Shown one piece after another: positions 24,024 through 31,185 of a stretch of 64,000 bases of DNA. The number at the start of each line of letters is the position of its first letter. Within the stretch, counting starts at the first letter, position 1. The DNA is from an uncultured Fibrobacteria bacterium (GTDB lineage Bacteria > Fibrobacterota > Fibrobacteria > UBA11236): positions 544,001 through 608,000 of the forward strand of contig OY970309.1 in the NCBI GenBank assembly GCA_963716395.1, written 5' to 3'. The translations under genes and the position numbers were made by a program. The notes below the pieces were generated by a model that was not told the origin of the DNA, searched no databases, and worked only from the letters and a program-made list of their open reading frames with translations.

Positions 24024-25172
24024 TCAGGAATTGCGGTTGCGGTATTCCTCGTACCCGAATTTGCGTACCACCCGCAATTTCCCGTCGGCAGTCCAAATGC
24101 ACAGCGAGGGAAGATTGACGCCGTTGAAGGTGGTGTTCTTGACGATGGTGTAATGCAGCATGTCTTCGAACACCACGCGATCGCCGATGCGCAGCGGGGC
24201 GGCGAAGCTGTAATCGCCGATAACGTCGCCGGCCAGACAGGTGAGCCCGCCCAGCCGATAGGTGTGGGCGTGCACGCCGGCTTCGGCGGCGCCGCGCACG
24301 GCGGGCCGGTAGGGCATTTCCAGCACGTCGGGCATGTGGGCGGTGGCGCTGATGTCGAGAATCGCGATGTCCAGGCCGTTGCGGACGACGTCGAGCACGG
24401 TGGCCACGAGGGGTCCGGTTTGCCAGCCCACGGCTTCGCCGGGTTCGAGATAAACCTCGACACCGTACCGCGCGCGAAAGGATTTCACCACGGCGATGAG
24501 CCGGTCGACGTCGTAGTCGCGGCGGGTAATGTGATGGCCGCCGCCGAAGTTGATCCAGTTCATGCGCGGAATGAATTCTCCGAAAAGCTTTTCAAAGGAG
24601 GCGACGACGCGTTCCAGCGTGTCGGCGTTGTTTTCGCAATGGGCGTGAAAATGCAATCCGGTCACGCCGTCGAGTTCGTCGGGGCGAAACTCTGCGCGCA
24701 CCACGCCCAGGCGCGAATGCGGGGCGGCGGGATCGTACAACGATGTCTGGATTTCGGAGTACCCGGGGTTCACCCGTATCCCGCAAGATACGGCCCGCCC
24801 CGACTCTTTGACCCGGGTCTTATAGCGGCGCCATTGGGAGAAGGAGTTGAAGACGAGGTGATCGGCGATTTTCAGAATGTGGGGAAAATCATTGTCGGAA
24901 TAGGCCACGGAATACACGTGGGTTTCGCGACCGAACTCTTCGGCAGAAAGGCGCGCTTCGTGCAGCGAAGAGGCGGTGGCGCCATGCAGCACCTCGCGCA
25001 TCCAAGGGAAAGCACTCCAAAACGCGAAGCCCTTCAGGGCCAGCAAAATTTTGGCGCCCGATTCCCGCTGCACGCGATCGAGCACCGCAAGGTTACGGCG
25101 CAGGGCCGCCTCTTCCAGCACATAGGCCGGCGAAGGAACGGCGGCGAGGTCGAGCGGGATGGGGTCGGACAT
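24024..25172 (-). CDS. nspC: Carboxynorspermidine decarboxylase
   Basis: LLALKGF (PLP Lys), GLHFH, NFGGGHHIT, LEPGEA, HMPDVLEMPY, CLAGD, YTIVKNTTFNG. Confidence 0.95.
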   Translation of the reverse strand: MSDPIPLDLAAVPSPAYVLEEAALRRNLAVLDRVQRESGAKILLALKGFAFWSAFPWMREVLHGATASSLHEARLSAEEFGRETHVYSVAYSDNDFPHILKIADHLVFNSFSQWRRYKTRVKESGRAVSCGIRVNPGYSEIQTSLYDPAAPHSRLGVVRAEFRPDELDGVTGLHFHAHCENNADTLERVVASFEKLFGEFIPRMNWINFGGGHHITRRDYDVDRLIAVVKSFRARYGVEVYLEPGEAVGWQTGPLVATVLDVVRNGLDIAILDISATAHMPDVLEMPYRPAVRGAAEAGVHAHTYRLGGLTCLAGDVIGDYSFAAPLRIGDRVVFEDMLHYTIVKNTTFNGVNLPSLCIWTADGKLRVVRKFGYEEYRNRNS

Positions 25173-25289
25173 GCGCATGCGAACGGCAAAGGTCAACAGG
25201 CGAATCGAAAAACGAACCCCGCCTTCATCGCACCGTCCGAAAGCGTTGACGCGCCCATGCCGCAGTTGGAATATTCAATTTGACATCGA

Positions 25290-26486
25290 TCACGCTTCGT
25301 GCCAAATCTCTTCGGTCCAGGGCAGACCGCGGCGGTTCATCTCTTCGAGAAAAGGATCGGGATCGAGCTGCTCCATGTTGAACACGCCCGCCCCGCGCCA
25401 TTTTCCCGTCAGCATCAACAGCCCGCCGATCATGGCCGGCACACCCGTGGTGTAGGAGATGGCCTGCGATTCGGTTTCTTCGTAGGCCGCCTCGTGATCG
25501 CAGACGTTATAGGTATAGGTCTTGAGCGGTTTGCCGTTCTTGACGCCTTCGATGAAGCAGCCGATATTGGTTTTGCCCTTGGTGCGCACGCCCAGCGAGG
25601 CGGGATCGGGGAGCACAGCTTGCAGGAATTGCAGCGGCACGATGTCTTGCCCCTGAAAGCGCACCGGCTTGATCGAGGTCATGCCCACGTTCTCGAGCAC
25701 GCGCAAGTGGGTGAGGTAACGGTCGGAAAACGTCATCCAGAAGCGCAGGTTTTTCAGACCCGGAATATTTTTCACCAGCGATTCCAACTCTTCGTGGTAC
25801 ATGAGGTACATCTCTTTGGGACCGAGCTCGGGAAAATCCCAGGTCTTGTGCATCGCCAGGGGTTCGGTTTCTTTCCACGCGCCGCTTTCCCAATAGCGGC
25901 CCTTGGCCGTGACTTCGCGGATATTGATTTCCGGGTTGAAATTGGTGGCGAAGGGATGGCCGTGATCGCCGGCATTGGCGTCGAGAATGTCGATGGAGTG
26001 GATGGCGTCGAAGCGGTTCTTGCGCGCGTGCGCGCAGAACACGTTGGTCACGCCGGGATCGAAACCCGAGCCCAGCAGCGCCATCAGGCCCTTGGCCTGG
26101 AAGCGTTCGTGATAGGCCCATTGCCATTTGTATTCGAATTTGGCCACGTCGGGCGGTTCATAATTGGCGGTGTCGAGGTAATGCACCCCGGTTTCGAGGC
26201 AGGCATCCATGATGGCGAGATCTTGATATGGAAGCGCGACGTTGATCACGAGTTGCGGCTCGAACCTGCGGATTAAAGCGACCACCTCGGCCGGGTCGTC
26301 GGCGTTCACCGCCGCCGTTTCGATGGGAAAATTCCGGCGTTTCAGGATTTGCGCCTTGATGGCCTCGCATTTGGAAACCGTGCGGCTGGCCAGGCACAGC
26401 GCGGAGAACACTTCGGGCGCCTGGCTGCATTTGTGCGCCACCACCCGGCCCACCCCGCCCGCGCCGATCATCAAAACCTTGCCCAT
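25290..26486 (-). CDS. Carboxynorspermidine/carboxyspermidine dehydrogenase (saccharopine-dehydrogenase family)
   Basis: IGAGGVG, NVALPYQD, YLDTANYEP, GFDPG, FATNFNPEINIRE; adjacent to nspC. Confidence 0.92.
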   Translation of the reverse strand: MGKVLMIGAGGVGRVVAHKCSQAPEVFSALCLASRTVSKCEAIKAQILKRRNFPIETAAVNADDPAEVVALIRRFEPQLVINVALPYQDLAIMDACLETGVHYLDTANYEPPDVAKFEYKWQWAYHERFQAKGLMALLGSGFDPGVTNVFCAHARKNRFDAIHSIDILDANAGDHGHPFATNFNPEINIREVTAKGRYWESGAWKETEPLAMHKTWDFPELGPKEMYLMYHEELESLVKNIPGLKNLRFWMTFSDRYLTHLRVLENVGMTSIKPVRFQGQDIVPLQFLQAVLPDPASLGVRTKGKTNIGCFIEGVKNGKPLKTYTYNVCDHEAAYEETESQAISYTTGVPAMIGGLLMLTGKWRGAGVFNMEQLDPDPFLEEMNRRGLPWTEEIWHEA

Positions 26487-26561
26487 GGTCGTTCTCTCCG
26501 CTTGATGAAAAACCGCAAAACTAGTTTATTCAAAATTCAAACCCCTTACGCCGGAGGCCTC

Positions 26562-26909
26562 ATGGAAGATCAATGCGCGAACCTCGCGAAAAAAAACTGC
26601 GCCCCCTGCCAAGACGGCGTGCCCCCGTTGGCCGGATCGGAATTGGCCCGCTTACAAGGCGATTTGGGGCATGGTTGGAAGGTCGTCGACGGCCATCACC
26701 TGGAAAAATCGTTCGCCTTTCCCGATTTCAATACCGCGCTGGATTTCACCGTGCGCATCGGCGCCGTGGCCGAACACGAAAACCACCACCCGGATCTTTA
26801 TCTGCGTTGGGGCAAGGTGGGCGTCACGCTCTGGACGCATAAAATCAACGGCCTGACCGAAAGCGATTTTGCCTTGGCGGCGAAAATCGAGATGCTGCCG
26901 CATACGTGA
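26562..26909 (+). CDS. phhB: Pterin-4-alpha-carbinolamine dehydratase
   Basis: CAPC, AEHENHHPDL, WTHKINGLTESDF; RBS GGAGG. Confidence 0.93.
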   Translation: MEDQCANLAKKNCAPCQDGVPPLAGSELARLQGDLGHGWKVVDGHHLEKSFAFPDFNTALDFTVRIGAVAEHENHHPDLYLRWGKVGVTLWTHKINGLTESDFALAAKIEMLPHT

Positions 26910-26939
26910 CGGAATGGCCGACCGGCCACGTCGAAAAAA

Positions 26940-27734
26940 TTAAGGCGGATCGCCGTGCAACTTCAAGGTGCCATGCTCCGATGACGAGGCTCCTGGTGTC
27001 ACGAAGTCATACTGAATTTCCAAATCAGCATCGGGCACCGACGCGGGAAACTCCGGAAAGCGCCGCACCTTGAGCAGGGCTTTGCGCGCTAGGCGGTTGA
27101 AGGCCGCGGAAGGGCTTTTTTCGATCCACAACACGCTCAGGATTTCACCATTTCGGCTTACTCGAATCTTCGCCGTCGCATGATTGCCCTTCTTCACCAG
27201 GGCTTTGGGCAGCACCCAAAATTGCTCCACGGCGGCCCGCACCCGCCGGCTCCATTGCCGAATGCCCTGTTCGCGCAGGCGGTTTAATGAATCGCGCCTA
27301 GCCTGCGCGGCCGCGGCGCCCAAAGATTGCGGCGTGATCAAAGTTCCGGTAGAATCGTAATCCCAACGGTTGATTTGTCTGCCCGCTTCGAACAAAACCC
27401 GCATCTTGATCCGACCATTGGGATACCAGTAGGTCAAGGTGTCTTGCGCCCGGCCGTGATTCTCGAACCCCCGGTACCAGGGCTTTCCGTCGGGATACCA
27501 AGCCGCGATCGTCCCGTTCTCTTCCCCGCTGTCGTTATGGGCTGCGAATTTTTTGAACCCGTTTTCGTACCACCAGGTTTCCGCCCCCTGTTTGCGGCCT
27601 TGGGCGTCGAGTTCGATGCGGTAATGCGGGCGGCCCGAAGGATAGGCGCCTTCCTTCACGCTGGGCTTCGACACTGCGCATGCGGTCAGAAGCACCGCGG
27701 TTAAAATTCCGGAGCTGCTCCGGGTCGGCTGCAT
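26940..27734 (-). CDS. Lipoprotein with MORN-variant repeats and TonB/TolA C-terminal domain
   Basis: Lipobox LTAC; repeats WYENG/WYPDG/WYPNG; C-terminal W-x-x-P...VSRNGEI...S...FN...FPEFP. Confidence 0.78.
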   Translation of the reverse strand: MQPTRSSSGILTAVLLTACAVSKPSVKEGAYPSGRPHYRIELDAQGRKQGAETWWYENGFKKFAAHNDSGEENGTIAAWYPDGKPWYRGFENHGRAQDTLTYWYPNGRIKMRVLFEAGRQINRWDYDSTGTLITPQSLGAAAAQARRDSLNRLREQGIRQWSRRVRAAVEQFWVLPKALVKKGNHATAKIRVSRNGEILSVLWIEKSPSAAFNRLARKALLKVRRFPEFPASVPDADLEIQYDFVTPGASSSEHGTLKLHGDPP

Positions 27735-27743
27735 TTCCTGAAA

Positions 27744-28403
27744 CTAATTGTAGCGGCGCATGACGCCAATGACCCGGCCCAAAATGGAAAAATCCGGAAC
27801 CGAGGCGTCGACGATAATGGGCCGATGGGCGTCATTCGCCGGCTGCAGCCGGATATAAGCGCCTTCGGGGAAAAAATATTTCACCGTGGTTTCTTCGCCC
27901 AATAAGGCGATGACGATTTGACCCGGATCGGCGGTGCGCTGTTGCCGCGCAACCACAAGATCCCCGTCCATGATACCCGCATCCTGCATGCTGTCGCCCT
28001 GCACTTTCAGGGCGAAGACGTTTTCCTGCCGCATCAGGAATTCCCGATCCATGACCACGGTGCCTTCGAGATTTTCCACGGCGAGAATGGGGCGGCCCGC
28101 CGCCACTTTTCCCAAAATGGGAACTTCCACAATGCCTTCGCGCGCTTCCGCGGTTTTATCGAATTCGGGAAGATCGATGCCGCGCGACAATTTCGGAGCG
28201 CGTTCGATGTACTGCTTTTTCGACAAGGCATGCAGAATGCTACGCACGCCGTTGGTGGAGGTTATACTGAACCGCACTCCGATTTCACGCAAAGTGGGAG
28301 GACGGCTGGTGCTTTGAATGCGCTCCTTAATGAATTCGAAAACCTCGCGTTGCCTTGGGGTCAGAGGCTTTCTCTCGCTCGTTGTTTTCCACAAATTCTC
28401 CAC
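27744..28403 (-). CDS. lexA: SOS repressor LexA
   Basis: LTPRQ...PPTLREIG HTH, VAAG cleavage site, GDSM (Ser), TVK (Lys); RBS GGAGG before GTG. Confidence 0.96.
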   Translation of the reverse strand: MENLWKTTSERKPLTPRQREVFEFIKERIQSTSRPPTLREIGVRFSITSTNGVRSILHALSKKQYIERAPKLSRGIDLPEFDKTAEAREGIVEVPILGKVAAGRPILAVENLEGTVVMDREFLMRQENVFALKVQGDSMQDAGIMDGDLVVARQQRTADPGQIVIALLGEETTVKYFFPEGAYIRLQPANDAHRPIIVDASVPDFSILGRVIGVMRRYN

Positions 28404-28423
28404 AAAACCTCCCGGTTGACCAG

Positions 28424-28465
28424 AATCTACTGCACAAATAAATACCTGTCAAGACGTGCAGTAGA
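28424..28465 (-). promoter_or_regulatory. lexA sigma70 promoter overlapped by an inverted repeat (putative SOS operator)
   Basis: Minus strand TTGACA (28452-28447), 17 nt, TAGATT (28429-28424); TCTACTGCAC (28426-35), N20, GTGCAGTAGA (28456-65). Confidence 0.7.
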
Positions 28466-28471
28466 CAATCC

Positions 28472-28500
28472 TTGCATTCAATTTGGCAATGTGTTAACTT
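28472..28500 (+). promoter_or_regulatory. Sigma70-type promoter divergent from lexA
   Basis: TTGCAT (28472-77), 17 nt, TAACTT (28495-500) with extended TG at 28492-93. Confidence 0.55.
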
Positions 28501-28506
28501 AACTCG

Positions 28507-28701
28507 GTGGTACTTCTTAAAATTCTATTGAGTTTGGGTTTTTTGATATTTTGCGCCTTGGTGCTATCTCTGATAAGCCGAATCAACAGCCTGACGCGGC
28601 AAGCGGTAAGACTAGTGGGCGCTGTTCATAGCACCACCGAAGCCGAAAAAACGCTGGCCGCAGAATTTGCGGCGACGCATTCCAAAACCCCTTCCCAATA
28701 A
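28507..28701 (+). CDS. Small single-pass membrane protein (64 aa), possibly leaderless
   Basis: Hydrophobic N-terminus ILLSLGFLIFCALVLSLI; GTG 6 nt after a -10 box. Confidence 0.4.
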   Translation: MVLLKILLSLGFLIFCALVLSLISRINSLTRQAVRLVGAVHSTTEAEKTLAAEFAATHSKTPSQ

Positions 28702-28844
28702 AGCAGTACCGTATTCCGTCGCCGGGATTTTTTGCGTCCCCCGGAAAGACGGAATTTCAAACCGGACGCATGGCCGACAAACTAAACCCGTCTCCGGAAT
28801 GAGAACGAGGTACGAACGGCCCCAACCAATTCCTAGGAAACAAC

Positions 28845-29579
28845 ATGGATCACATTCTTCTGTACCTTAATCTGGCCCTCTCGGCCTGCACCGTGGCGCT
28901 TTGCGCCTATTTGTTCGCGAAAATGAAAACCGTCTTATATCTGCTCGAACAGCCCGTCGTGAAAAAAATGTCCCCGAACCTTAAACTCAAACCGGTCAAG
29001 ATCGACGAACTTATCGCCGAAAAAAACCGCCAGCAAAATCGTCCCCCGCAAAACGGGCAACGGCCGCAACACCAACACGGCAACCGTCCGCATGGGGATC
29101 GTTTCGAGCAGGAACGCCGGCCCGATCAAGGCCGGGATCGCCAGGAAGGCCGCGATCGGCAGGAGCGCCGCCCCGAACGCCACGAAGGGGATCGCAACCG
29201 CAATCAAGATCGTTTTCGGGATCGCGATCGCAACCGCATGGACCGCGGCAACGGCGAACGCCGGCCGCCGCGTGAACCGCAGCCCGAAGGCCGCGAAGCC
29301 GCTCCGGCCGACGGAGCCCGCCCGCAACCCCAATCATCGGCGCCGTCTCCGGCGGCACATGAAATGGCGCCCTTGGCGCCGCGGCGCCCCCTGCCTTCCA
29401 CGGTGGAGACCGAACCCGTCCGCAACGAGGGGCCGGTCACTACGGCCGAATCGGAAAACTCTGCGGAACCCGGCTTCGGAATCGAAGGCGATATCCAACA
29501 CGGCCGCCGCACACATCTGAAGAAGAAACCCCGCTTCGACCTCGACGAAGAGGAAGTGAACGCCACCACCGAAGGCTGA
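28845..29579 (+). CDS. Membrane-anchored protein with long R/D/E/Q/P low-complexity disordered region
   Basis: N-terminal TM; RDRQE/RDRN repeats; RBS AGGA; terminator follows. Confidence 0.8.
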   Translation: MDHILLYLNLALSACTVALCAYLFAKMKTVLYLLEQPVVKKMSPNLKLKPVKIDELIAEKNRQQNRPPQNGQRPQHQHGNRPHGDRFEQERRPDQGRDRQEGRDRQERRPERHEGDRNRNQDRFRDRDRNRMDRGNGERRPPREPQPEGREAAPADGARPQPQSSAPSPAAHEMAPLAPRRPLPSTVETEPVRNEGPVTTAESENSAEPGFGIEGDIQHGRRTHLKKKPRFDLDEEEVNATTEG

Positions 29580-29600
29580 GCTTGCAACCCCGGATGGGTG

Positions 29601-29638
29601 AAATGCCTCCGGCGATGTCGCCGGGGGCATTTTGTTTT
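29601..29638 (+). terminator. Intrinsic terminator
   Basis: AAATGCCTCCGGCGA/TCGCCGGGGGCATTT stem followed by GTTTT. Confidence 0.8.
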
Positions 29639-29784
29639 AAAGTCGACTTTTTCCTCGGAACTGGCAGGAGCGCGAAGCTCCGGTATTGGCGGTTTGTTGG
29701 CGATTATATCCTCTGCCGCGGATGGGCAACTCTTCGCCCTCGGTATAACGCCGTTATTTCTGGACCCGCGGATGAAGATGGGTG

Positions 29785-31023
29785 CTAATGAAACCCGAAG
29801 CGCACCGCTGCGGAAAAATGAATGGCCCAATACTCCTTGTCGTTCTGGCCCAGGACCGCGAAGGGAATTCCCAATTGCAGGGAAAAGAGATCGGCGTCAT
29901 CGAACACCAATCCCGGTTCCAGGCTGACGAGATACCCGCCGGATACCGTGGCGTCACCCTGGGTTCCATCCAAGGTGAAATGTCCCTGCACGCCGAGATA
30001 AGGCAGAAACGAGTCCGCCGCATAGCCCACGCGCGCATTCAGAAATGCCACGTCTCCGGGAACCCAGTCGCTGCTGTCGTTGTCGGCAAAGTGGAATTGA
30101 TAGCCGCCGTTGGCTTGCAGCAGAATCTTGTTCATGGCGTAATCGCCGATGGCCGTCAGAATCAGGCGATTGTGGTTGAAACCGCCGTTGGCCAACGAAG
30201 TTCCCACACTGTAGCTGGCATCAAGGCCTATTCCCAAAGGCCGGTAGGTGTATTTCAAGCCGAAAGCCAAATCGCGCGGCAGGGGTGCGGCCGGCAATCC
30301 ACTGGGGGAATAGGTGTGAAAGGGCAATTGAAAATGAGCCTCCAGCCCGAAGGGGAAGCCCATGCGCAAAGTCAGCGGGAAGTCGCTTTGTTTTTCCTTG
30401 CTCGAATCGGCAAAGTTGTGGCGCTTGCCGCTGGAGTCGATGGTCCCGAACACCGACGTGTATTGATATCCCTCTTCCACTTGCACGACAAAGGGGCGCA
30501 CCGACAGGTTCTCTTCGAGAAAGGATTTATCCCTGAAACTGAAAGGCCGCTCGAAGTTCAAGCTATCGCCTTTGTGCACATTCACCTTTTCCTCGCGCAT
30601 GCGGTACATGGCCGACGGCGGCACCAGTTTCAGGGTATAGGTGCCGGGCAGCACCAGATTGTTGGAATACGGCGAGGTCCCCAATTTCACGCCGTCCAAC
30701 CAGATTTCCCCCGAATCGGGATCGGTGTGGATTTTCAAGGCGCCATAATTGGCCGGCATGTCATGCTTGACCTGGGTATGCTCCCCGTCGGTGACGGCCA
30801 CATCGGGAACATTCACCGTGTCTTTGCCGTTGATGAGCCACAGGTTGTAGGTGCCGGCCGGCAATTCGCGGCTATCGAGCGGCGAATCGCCCAGGTATTG
30901 CATCTGGTTCGATCCCGAAGTCGAATACCAGACCTCGACGCCGGAAGGATTGGTTTCCAAAGACAAATAGCCCGACGCCCAGGCGCCGGCGCACAGTAAA
31001 CCGATTCCGAGCCAAACGCGCAT
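29785..31023 (-). CDS. PEGA-domain outer-membrane protein (2 PEGA domains plus C-terminal beta-barrel)
   Basis: GYLSLETNPSG...LGDSP and GALKIHTDP...LGTSP; barrel-like C-terminus AVRFGFH. Confidence 0.8.
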   Translation of the reverse strand: MRVWLGIGLLCAGAWASGYLSLETNPSGVEVWYSTSGSNQMQYLGDSPLDSRELPAGTYNLWLINGKDTVNVPDVAVTDGEHTQVKHDMPANYGALKIHTDPDSGEIWLDGVKLGTSPYSNNLVLPGTYTLKLVPPSAMYRMREEKVNVHKGDSLNFERPFSFRDKSFLEENLSVRPFVVQVEEGYQYTSVFGTIDSSGKRHNFADSSKEKQSDFPLTLRMGFPFGLEAHFQLPFHTYSPSGLPAAPLPRDLAFGLKYTYRPLGIGLDASYSVGTSLANGGFNHNRLILTAIGDYAMNKILLQANGGYQFHFADNDSSDWVPGDVAFLNARVGYAADSFLPYLGVQGHFTLDGTQGDATVSGGYLVSLEPGLVFDDADLFSLQLGIPFAVLGQNDKEYWAIHFSAAVRFGFH

Positions 31024-31185
31024 TCGCGGAATAATAGTTTTCCGGAAATTCCCCCGGGAGTCCGAAACCGTAACGTTCTGAAAATCCGGAAGAATTCCCG
31101 GACCGCCGCACCGAACTTGGGGCTACCCTAGTCCCGGCCGGCGCGGGCTTGCTAGGTTTTCCGCTTTCAACCCCCGGGGTTCGCC

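Noticed and set aside
23966-24463. Apparent N-terminal extension of the TlpA ORF
   Set aside because: Out-of-frame overlap with nspC; the signal peptide and -10 box support a start at 23965
23916-25283. 455-aa plus-strand ORF
   Set aside because: Antisense shadow of nspC in GC-rich DNA; no recognisable motifs
29782-30999. 405-aa plus-strand ORF
   Set aside because: Antisense shadow of the PEGA barrel gene
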